From positions 58,032,001-58,096,000 of the forward strand of contig OZ024740.1 of assembly GCA_964016885.1 (NCBI GenBank): DNA of 64,000 nucleotides, written 5' to 3'. The stretch is from Eledone cirrhosa. Its lineage: Eukaryota. The translations under genes were made by a program, and so were the position numbers. The notes beneath the pieces were generated by a model that made no database searches, was not told the origin of the DNA, and saw only the letters and a program-made list of their open reading frames with translations. Of this stretch, positions 11,673 through 22,720 are shown piece by piece; the first letter of the stretch is position 1; every line of letters begins with the position of its first letter.

Positions 11673-13788
11673 TAAATAACTGGCGGTTAGAAAAAAATAT
11701 TCCTATGAAATTTTAATCATACCATTAGGTGTGAATAAGGAAATATTTTTTTATTGTCAAAACAAATGTTCAAAAGTTAAACTTCAATTTTTTGAATTAT
11801 TTCCAATTTTTTCATGAAATTGAACACTGGACATTGGCTGCTGGAAATGGAAATTAAATCGTATTTAATTGTATTTAAATTTCTAACCTTCTTTTATTAT
11901 TTATATTTTTCAATAAGAAATAAAAAAAAACAACAAAAAAAATTGAGGAAAAAAATTGAACAAATCAAACGTAGGTTATGGAACTGCGCAATCTGATTAA
12001 TAAATTACCTCATCAGCAGCAACCTTCTTCAAATGGTCCTTATTATCAGCAGCAACAACCACAAATTCAATGGCAACCTTCTTCGCATGGAGTCAAGTCA
12101 GAACCGCCTTGAACTGGTTACTTCTGGCTTGTGCAAGGTGTCTCTATAGCAACCAGCGATTCCCTCGGCCTCAGTGACCAAAGTCAGTGGAGATGGGAAG
12201 GTAATGTTTCTGTAGCACGTGTTTTAGCGTCTATTCACTCTCTCTCCCTCCCTCTCTCCCTGCCGCTATCCCCCTCTCGTAGTCTGTCTATTTCTTTCAC
12301 TCGCACTCTCTCTCTACGCATGTGTTTCCACTGTCAGACAGACAGAGAAATTGCTGGTTATATATATAAGTAGACTAGCAGAAAACCACCCACCGGGTGG
12401 TTTTCTGCTAGTATATATATATATTACACACACAGAAATGTATATATATTTCTGTGTGTATATATATATATATTACACACACAGAAATGTATATATATTT
12501 CTGTGTGTATATATATATATTTCTGTGTGTATATATATATATATATTACACACACACAGAAATGTATATATGTTTCTGAAGCACTCCTCAATTCCCCCTC
12601 TCTCCCTCCCGCTATCCACCTCTTGTAGTCTCTCTCTTTCTTTCACTCTCTCTCTACGCGTGCGCAAAATCATTCGCATGTGCGCACATGTTTCCACTGT
12701 CGGACAGACAGACAGAGAAATTGCTGGTTATATATTATAAGGAAATTACATATACATATGTAACTATGTATATCATCATCATCATCCCCATTATATATAT
12801 ATATAATATGGGCCGAAGCCGAAAAAAATTTTGTTTAGCAGCTTTAATTGCGCCTTAATTTTATTCAAAAAATTGTATACTAACATATTCGAATACCAGG
12901 CACTATTGGAATCAACAATAGCAGCGTCCTGAGGGTCATTACAAAACACAAATTCACGAGAACTAGTGTTTAAGGCTTGGAAGGTGGTAAAAAAATCCAC
13001 AAAATCTTCCATTCTTTTAAAAAAAAAATTTATTTTTAATAATATTTAAATAACTGGCAGTTAGAAAAAAATATTCCTATGAAATTTTAATCATACCATT
13101 AGGTGTGAATAAGGAAATATTTTTTTATTGTCAAAACAAATGTTCAAAAGTTAAACTTCAATTTTTTGAATTATTTCCAATTTTTTCATGAAATTGAACA
13201 CTGGACATTGGCTGCTGGAAATGGAAATTAAATCGTATTTAATTGTATTTAAATTTCTAACCTTATTTTATTATTTATATTTTTCAATAAGAAATTTAAA
13301 AAAACAACAAAAAAAATTGAAAAAAAAAATTGAACAAATCAAACGTAGGTTATGGAACTGCGCAATCTGATTAATAAATTACCTCATCAGCAGCAACCTT
13401 CTTCAAATGGTCCTTATTATCAGCAGCAACAACCACAAATTCAATGGTAACCTTCTTCGCATGGAGTCAAGTCAGAACCGCCTCGAACTGGTTACTTCTG
13501 GCTTGTGCAAGGTGTCTCTATAGCAACCAGCGAATCCCTCGGCCTCAGTGACCAAAGTCAGTGGAGAGGGGAAGGTAATGTTTCTGTAGCACGTGTTTTA
13601 GCGTCTATTCACTCTCTCTCTCTCCCTCTTTCCCTCCCGCTATCCCCCTCTCGTAGTCTGTCTCTTTCTTTCACTCGCACTCTCTCTCTACGCATGTGTT
13701 TCCACTGTCAGACAGACAGAGAAATTGCTGGTTATATATATAAGTAGACTAACAGAAAACCACCGGGGGGGGGGGGGGGTTCTGCTAG
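11673..13788. repeat. about 740-bp direct duplication (11673-12411 and 13047-13788, offset 1374)
   Basis: Near-identical blocks, reflected in the duplicated ORFs 11814/13188 and 12131/13505. Confidence 0.95.
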
Positions 13789-15385
13789 TCTATATATCTA
13801 AAACAGAGAATGTCTGTCTGTCTGTCTGTCTGTCAGCTCACTAAAACTTGAGAACCATTCAACCGATTGTTTTCAAACTTTAGACATGTAATACTTATGG
13901 TCCTGTGAGTGTTTTGAGCAAAAATTATTTTAAATTTTCAATGCCCTAGGGACCGCATTAGGCGATTTAGCGTTCTCTCTATATAATTCTTAGTCTTTCT
14001 TTTTAGATAGATACATAGATATAACATTGCGCCCTTATAATATCTGTCTGTATGTCTGGTAGACAGACAGAGAAATTGCTGGTTATAGATATAAGTAGAT
14101 TATATGCACACGCATGTATATATTTGAAGTAGGGATTTTGCTCTATCGTTATTCCAATTTTCCCATTAATATAGCATTCTTCAGTGTTACTCTCCGCCCC
14201 ACACACACACATATATATAGAATAATGTGTTTCTACAAATGAACAAAATATTTCTAAATTCTATTTTTAAATAGTCTATTTATTTGCGATTACTCATCAT
14301 AGAGACGAATTAGGTTTTCCAATTCATAGAAAAGTGGTCGTTTATTTATTAGATAAATACTTTATAAAATGGGGTAATATTTTTATTTGTATAAAAATAT
14401 AAATAAAATTATGAAACATTTGTAAACAGATCCCATCTTTTTCAGATAAGTGAACTTTAAATATTATAATTTTAGGCATAACTGAAGTCTATAAAATTGT
14501 TTGTCTTTAATTTTCAGAAACCTTTGAGGAATATATTAATTGCAATCAATTCCATATATCTTTAGATTGCAATAAATAAATAAATGAATGATTGAGCCAA
14601 AGGATATATTTTATCATTATCATTGCATAATAGGGATGATCAGTTATATTTGAATAAATTAATTTTGTTCTATATGTTAATTTGCAATCTTTTTGTTAGC
14701 CATTGAGTAAATATGAAGAAAATAATACCTTTTATGTGAAATAAGATGAATTGTCTGTTTTATCATAGTTATACAGATAGATTTGTATTATGTACAAAGA
14801 TGATTAAGAATAAAAGTGGTCTTTTGAAATGCATATTTGGCAGAAATTTTCTGCATAATATCACATCAACAAAAGGCTTAAATTCTCAGTTTGTCAAGAT
14901 TTGGTATTATGCTACACTTAGAAAACTTGATAAAATTCAGAAAATATGCAAATATTTTTTATGTTTACTGGAAATGCAGCTAGTTATATCTGACAAATTG
15001 TTTTCAATGAAAATGAAATAATTGATTATGAAAATAACAGTTTATTTATTGTTGTGCAGATAAAAATCATTATGAGCATAAGTTTATTTTAGAAATAAAA
15101 TTAAAAAATTATTTTTCTTTTGTATCAATTTTGCTATTAATTTATTTCTTTAATATAGATATGATTTAAAAAAAATTATAGTATTAAAATCTAAATTGTT
15201 ATTATATTTGAATATACAGAAGGAATTACATGCACAAAGGGATACAATGTGTGCTTGTAATCCAGAAAATACTTTTACTTTAAATACTTCAACATTTTAA
15301 AAATCTTTAAACTTTTCCAGAATTCTTATTAAAATGTTGAATGATTTTTTTAAAGCCTGATGATTTCTATTTGCTGTTAAGTTAA

Positions 15386-15637
15386 CCCTTTCCTAACCAT
15401 ATTTCTTATGAAAGACATGGTATGTGATTTTCAAATTATTTTGAAAACAATTAGGGATTTAGAGAGATTTAGTAATATAACCAATTTTCTTATTATGAAG
15501 CTAATGTTTAGAACATAAGTTAACAAAGGTTCTTACATAAAATTATGATGGAAAGTAGTTTTTGGTTAAATATACACACTTTAAAACAAACATTTTGTAT
15601 CACAGAACCAAGACCAATTTCAGATTGTTTAGAAAAG
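15386..15637. mobile_element. TTAA-flanked MITE (piggyBac-like), family 2
   Basis: TTAA|CCCTTT start and AAAAG|TTAA end; internal similarity to 56448-56698. Confidence 0.6.
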
Positions 15638-16506
15638 TTAAACGCAACTACCAACTGGTAACTATACAGTTGAAATAGCTACCAAACTGTTCCAAGTTAC
15701 TCTAAGGCATCATCATCATTGTTTAACATCTATCTTCCACGCTAGCATGGGTTAGACGGGAGTTGTCCCAATTTGAGGCAAGATTGGTCGGGTGACGGTG
15801 TCTCACTCGTATAGGACTATCTGGCAGTTTTCTACGGCTGGATGACCTTCCTAACACCAACCACATTTATAGTGTGGACTGGGAACTTTTTACCATTACC
15901 TACACGGCCACATTACAGTTGGACTGTGTATTTTTTGTTGTGACACCTACACGATCTCGATCTCATTATCTCATTAATTTGGACTGGATGTTGTGGTACC
16001 AACTTTACAGAGAAAGGGTGATGTTGGTGAGAGTGGGGGTAGTGGGTTGGGGTGTATATTTGGTTAAGAGGTGCCTACTGACTGTAGGTTTGTACATAGG
16101 CAAGGTGGGTCTTCTGTATTACTGCGTGGCGCCAAAGATTTCGGTCCAGTTACATTGTCTTAGAGAGGTGCAAGTGTGTAAGGTCAGAATTTATCAAATC
16201 GTCCCAGGTTTTTCTGGGTCTACCTACTCCGTAACTTCCATCAATTTTGATCGCCCTGCACTTTTTTATACAGCTGTCATCTTTTATACGCATCACATGA
16301 CCATACCAACGTAGTCTTCTCTCAAGTAAACAGTATCTGATACCTCTTATTCCTAATTTCTCACTTAGTTCATTTATGTTTTGCCGTTCGCGTATATTAT
16401 TATTACACATCCAACGGAGCATGCATTCTTCGTTCCTTTCCAGTCTGCGCAGGTCCTCTGCACACAATGCCCATGTCTCACTGCCATGTAACATTGCTGT
16501 TCGTAT

Positions 16507-19500
16507 AAGCCACCCATTACCTCCCGTTCCCTCTTCGCCCATTCCACCTCACTCATCTTGAAGCTATTGAAGAGATAAGACACTCTATTCTGAAAGGCTA
16601 AAATGAATCACTAGAGTTGATTTGGCTTCGTTCCAGTCATCCATCCATACAAAATTTTTCGAAGGTATTTAGCTCCCTACCTCACAGCCACTTTATTATT
16701 CTCCCACCATGCTGACTCTGTCTATTTTTTCTCGTCTCTGTCTATTTTTCCCATCAAAGGCTTCAGGCCATGATGCTATTATTATTAATATTATTGTTGA
16801 TGTATTCTATCGGCTATTTTGCCATGCGGCGACCCTCTCTCTCTATGATGGCTACCCTCTCTCTCTATGATGGCTACCCCCCCCTCTCTATCTATCTCTC
16901 TATGATGGCTACCCTCTCTCTATCTATCTCTAAGCCACCCATTACCTCCCGTTCCCTCTTCGCCCATGAATCACTAGAGTGATTTGGTTTCGTTCCAGTC
17001 ACCCATTTTGACGGCGACCCTCTCTCCCTACCTCACAATCCCCCCCCCCCCCCCCCCCTCACACCACCACTCCCACCCCCATCACACCACCACTCCCACC
17101 CACCCCTCACACCACCGCTCCCACCCACCCCCTCACACCGCCACTCTCACCCACCCCCTCACACACCCACCCCCTCACACCACCACTCCCACCCACCCCC
17201 TCACACCACCATAGCCTATTCGACCAATCAAACCTCAGCATGCCATTTCTTCTGCTACTACTACTACTACTACTACTACTACTTAACTACTACTACTACT
17301 ACTACTACTACTTAACTACTACTACTTAACTACTACTACTACTTAACTAACTCTCTCCTCCCCTGTCCCAGCCCAACACACCCTGCCATTATCCCACTGC
17401 CACTGTTCTTCTAGCCCTCAATTTTCCTACCGTTACGGATGGATGAGCTGAGAATAAATTTGAGCAACTCTGAATCAATAGATGAAATATGAATCTGCGA
17501 GCTACCAAGCACCCATGTGAAGCGCCAATCCAGAGACCCTTCCCTACGAGTGTCGACAAATGCCCAAAACTCCGAGTTGGTACCATCAATGTAGGCTCAA
17601 TGAAAGGAAGAGCAGGAGAAATCGTAGAAATGCTAGAGCGAAAGGAAATTGATGTATGCTGTGTGCAAGAGACTAGATGGAGAGGAGAGTCTGCTAGAGC
17701 CCTTGTAGGAAAAAGTCGGTGCTACAAATTTTTCTGGGTGGGAAATGACGATGGGATGGGTGGTGTAGGTATACTACTAGCTGACAAGTAGGTAGATAAA
17801 GTAATCTCAGTGTACAGGGTAAATGCAAGCATCATTAAACTCAGACTAGTCCTGAATAAGACAATTACCACAATAATATCAGCTTACACACCCCAATCGG
17901 GGCTGCCAGACGAACTTAAGGATAGGTTTTACGAGTCCCTAATGCACACTACTGCTCTAACAGACGACAATGACTTCCTAATCATCGCAGGAGATTTTAA
18001 CGGACACGTAGGTAAACACTGTGACGGCTCCAATAGAGTACATGGAGGCCATGGGGTTGGCACAAGAAATGAGGAAGGATTCAGACTTCTAGAATTCTGC
18101 GACGCCAATGACATGTCGATATGTAACACAAACTTTAAAAAACCCGACAACCACCTGATCACCTATAGATCAGGGGAGCACTCTAGTCAGATAGATTTTA
18201 TCCTCATCAGAGGACGTGACAGATGGACGGTCGTAAACACAAAAGCCTTCCCTAGTGAGGAATGTACATCCCAACATAGCTTAGTTGTCAGCGACCTCAC
18301 AGTCAGAACTAGACGAACCTGGAAACAGAGGCCAACCTGGAGAAGAAAGATCTGGAAGCTGAAAGTCCCCTCAACCAGTAACAGATTTAAAGATATTTTA
18401 CTCAACGCCTACGACAGTAAAGAAGAACAGATAGAGACATTCAATGTAGAACTGGGAGTTCCTAAAAAATAACTTACTAGAGGCGACTGATGAGGTCTGT
18501 GGCTGGAGTAAGACCTCAAGCAGGAGGAGAGTGACTTGGTGGTGGAACAATAAGGTAGATGAGGCAGTTAAGGCCAAGAGACAGGCATGGAAAGAATGGA
18601 AGAACGGGGGGAGCAGGGTACATTACATAGAGACCAAGAGGGAAGCTAGGCGACAAGTATACTTAGCTAGGAGAGAAGCAGAGGGTAGAAAATTTAAGCA
18701 TGTTTTGCAACGTGAGGACCAGAAACAGGAGGTGTTCAAGATTGCGAGGCAGTGTGTCAGAGAGAGTTGTGATGTCATTGGAGAGAAGTGTATCCGGAAT
18801 GATAAAGGTGAGCTTGCCCTCACAAGTGCTGAGAAGAAAGATGCATGGAAGAGTCATTATGATAGATTACAAAATGAGGAGAATGCATGGGAAGAAGAGA
18901 CCCTACCCCAAGTAGACTCTATAGAGGGGCCAGCAGTACAAGTCAGCAGCAACGTAGTAAGTAAGGTAATCAAAGATATGAAGATGGGGAAGGCAACCGG
19001 TCCATCGGGTATAGCTGCCGAGAAGCTGAAGGCATCTGGGTCTGTAGGTCACACTATAACCACACGTATTGTTAACCAGGTAATACTAGAAGGTGTCATA
19101 CCAAAAGATTGGTGCAGTAGCATCAATGTCAACTGCTACAAAGGTAAAGGTGATGCACTAGATAGAGGAAACTATAGAGGTATAAAGCTGATGGACCAGG
19201 TCATGAAAGTAACAGAAAGAGTTATAGCACAGTTGATTAGGGACCGGGTGAAACTAGACGAGATGCAATTTGGGTTTGTACCAGGAAGAGGCACCACTGA
19301 TGCCCTCTTCCTTGTCAGGCAGTTACAGGAAAAGTACCTAGCTAAAAGTAAGCCACTCTACCTGGCATTTGTCGACCTTGAGAAAGCCTTTGACAGAGTT
19401 CCACGTGCTGTAATCTGGTGGGCTCTTAGAAAACTAGGAGTAGATGAATGGCTTATGAAAGTGGTACAAGCCATGTATAGGGGAGCAGTCAGCAAAGTTA

Positions 19501-20804
19501 GGATTAGCAATGAGTATAGCGAGGAATTTAGCGTACAGGTTGGGGTCCACCAGAGCTCTGTTCTTAGCCCCTCCTGTTCATCATAGTCCTGCAGGCAATA
19601 ACGGAGGAGTTTAAGACCGGATGCCCATGGGAACTCCTGTATGCTGATGACCTCGCACTTATAGCTGAATCTATGGTAGAACTAGAGAATAAATTCCAAA
19701 CTTGGAAGCAGGGACTAGAAAGAAAAGGTGTAGGTAGGAACTCCATTCTCTGCCCCAAATGCAAACAATGGGTACACAAGAGATGTAGCGGGATCTCAGG
19801 AAAGCTTAATTAAGAATGTAGGATTCACATGCAGCAGCTGTGCTGGGACAGCAAGCAGCAAACAGCCACAGGAAACAAGTACCACCAATCTCTGGGAGGG
19901 CTCTGTAGAAACAGTAGACAGCTTCTGCTACCTAGGTGACCGAATTAGCAGCGGAGGTGGGTGTTCAGAAAGTACAATAGCTAGGGTAAGAACGGGATGG
20001 AAGAAGTTTAGGGAACTACTACCACTGCTAGCTGCAAAAGGCTTCTCCCTCAGAATGAAAGGCAGACTGTATGATGCGTGTATCTGAACAGCGATGTTGC
20101 ATGGTAGTGAGACCTGGGCGCTGAAGGTGGAAGACTTACGTAGATTAGAGAGAAACGAAGCCTGCATGCTCCGATGGATGTGTAACTAATATACGTGAAC
20201 GACAAAGCATAAAGGAATTGAGAGAGAGACTGAGCATAAGAGGAATCAAATGTTGCGTGCAGGAGAGGCGGTTACGCTGGTATGGACATGTGATGCGTTT
20301 GAAGGATGACAGCTGCATAAAAAGGTGCATAGCACTAGAAGTCGATGGAAACCGCGGAGTGGGGAGACCCAAGATGACCTGGGATGAGGTGATAAAAGCC
20401 GACCTTACCCAATTACACCTCTCAAAGGCAATGACACACGACCGTGACCTCTGGCGTCACGCAGTAATACAGAGTACCCGACCTCCCATGGGTACAAGCT
20501 GAAGCATATAGACAATATGCCCCCACACCCCCCACCACAAGGTGGTCGTGGAGGTGGCACGGCAAAAAAGCACCCAGCCCACACTGTAAAGCGGACGTGT
20601 AGGCGCCACGAAAAAGCACCCAGCACTCACTGTAAATGAGGTTGGTGTTAGGAAGGGCATCCAGCTGATGAAATCAAGCCAAATCAGTTCCTGTATGAGC
20701 AAGGCATGGTCAGCCGACCAGACACTGCCCACAACAGGACAACCCGTCTAACCCATGCTAGCGTGGAAGAACGGACGTAAAACGGTGATGATGATGATGA
20801 TGAT
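16507..20804 (+). mobile_element. near full-length RTE-clade LINE, subfamily B
   Basis: About 1-kb 5' UTR, APE + RT coding region, 3' UTR and (GAT)n tail. Confidence 0.95.
17489..20502 (+). pseudogene. disrupted APE endonuclease-reverse transcriptase ORF of RTE-B
   Basis: APE motifs GTINVG, CCVQETRW, AGDFNGH, SQIDFIL. RT motifs NYRGIKL, QFGFVPG, FVDLEKAFDRV, GVHQ.S, YADD. TAG at 17789, frameshifts near 18450 and 19570, internal deletion near 19720. Confidence 0.93.
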
Positions 20805-22720
20805 ACAGGCATCATACAATCTGCCTTTCATTTTTAGAGAGAACCCTTTAGCGGCCAATAGCGTTACAAGCTCTCTGAACTTTTCCCATCCCGTTCTTAC
20901 TCTGGCTACTGTACTTTCAAAGCACCCTCCACCACTGCTGATTTTGTCACCCGGGTAACGAGAAGTGGCCACTATTTCTATAGAACAATTTGGGCAATAG
21001 AAGGAGCTAGTTTCCTGTAGGCACTTGCTACTTATTGCACCTGAGCATCGGCCACATATAAAATCTACGTTCTTAGATAGCTTACCTGTGATCCCACTAC
21101 ATCTTTTATGTACCCATAGTTTGCATTTGGGACATAAAATGGAATTTCTACCTACTCCTTTCCTACACACTGAGCATGGCCATTTCTCAGAGGGCACCTC
21201 TGCCCTATTTTCCTTTCTACATACTAGAACTTTAGTCTTAGACAAGTTAACTTTAAGGCCTTTTGATTCTAGGTCATGATTCCATGTTTGGAATTTCTTC
21301 TCTAGTTCAGCCATAGATTCAGCTATGAGAGTTAGATCATCTGCGTAGAGAAGTTCCCATGGGCAGCCGGTAGGCTAAATCACGATTGCAGCTTCAACAC
21401 ATAAAAATCTTCTTCCAAATATCACAAACAACGTTCAAACTTAGATAAGTCACAATACTAGAAATTTAAGTAGTTAAAATAAAAACCAATAACATTAAAA
21501 TTGTTAACATATTATACATACACAAACTCTTGCTAGCAAGGGCAACAAATATTAAGTGATGATAATGGTACTGTAAAGTGGTAGTGCTGGTGTCACAGTA
21601 AAATGCTTCCAGTAAACTCTGTAAAATGGCTTGCATTAGGAACGGCATCCAGCTGTAGAAACCATACATATGAGCAAGATGTCTCATCTAGTCATGGACT
21701 ATAACAACCCATCCAGCTTATGTCATCATAGAAAACAGACATAAAATGATGGTAATATTTCACCAACCGTCTAACCAGACTGTGTAATGTACATCACATT
21801 AACACAGCCCTAGATGCTGTCTTTTGAAGTGAGAATGTCAAAACACACAACCCGTTCTGTGACAAAAAACAAAAATGATAAAGACAACATTTGAGGAAAA
21901 TCAATAACATTACAACTAAACTCTCCTTATATTGTAAATTTACACCAATACATCCACATTTTGAGTTCAAATACTGCAGTTATCAGTTTTGCCTTTCATC
22001 CTTTCGAGTTTGATAAAATAAAGTTCTAGTACTAGACAGTGGATTGGCAGGATTGGTAGTGTTGGATGAGATGCTTTGTAGTATTTGTTCTTGCTTTTTG
22101 AATTCTGAGTTCAAATCTCAGATCTCTGTGTGGCCTACTTGGATGATAGATAATCTGTTGCTCATTTTAACACCACTACTTAGTCTTTGGATGGTTTGAG
22201 AATGCCTTTCTCTCTCCCTCTCTAATTAAAACAGTAAAAAGCTAACTCTAATGATTCAGCATCACAAACAACACGAAGTTCCATATTATGAACTGAAAGT
22301 GATGACTGTATGAAACAGGTACAAAAATTGTTTAAAAGTAACCTATTGACATATGTACAAACAAGTACATAAGCACCAAAAGTTCATATAAAGAAATAAT
22401 AGATCAGAAAAACAGAAAAAATGGAAGTACCACTACTGTCTTTCTTCTTGAGACCACATCTGTACAATACACTAGAAATGCAAACCTTAAAAAATGAAAC
22501 GAACAAAGACACATTTACTTAATAAACATATACATACCATCATACCATCACTAATCTAGCTTATTGGCCTGCCTGGTCATATACCCCAACTACAATACAA
22601 ATATATACTCCCGAATACCATTATAGGAGAATTCAATGCATGCAGCACATCTTGGTATCAAAACAACTAATTTATTAAGAAAGAAAAAATAATGGTTAAA
22701 ATATCAAAACTAACATACTA

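Larger units (their letters stand above)
10121..14099 (-). mobile_element. composite non-autonomous Helitron-like element
   Basis: On the minus strand it starts A|TCTACTTATATC at 14099 and ends with hairpin CCCGAGCAACGCCGGG, then CTAG|T at 10121. No TSD, inserted between A and T. Contains internal repeated 5' arms with (GTCT)n, typical of Lep1-like Helitrons. Confidence 0.75.
15708..21371 (-). mobile_element. 5'-truncated RTE subfamily A copy split into 15708-16507 and 20805-21371 by the RTE-B insertion
   Basis: ...CTGTTCGTAT (16506) resumes as ACAGGCATCATACA (20805), contiguous in the intact copy at 40817-40840. Encodes LLYADD, the PHD finger and the RTE C-terminus. Confidence 0.92.

Noticed and set aside
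16984-17214. His/Pro/Thr-rich ORF
   Set aside because: Translation of a C-rich low-complexity tract in the LINE 5' UTR.
20660-20720. CTGATGA hammerhead-like core in the RTE-B 3' UTR
   Set aside because: Other copies read CTGTAGAAA, so it is a private mutation; no matching stems or GAAA.
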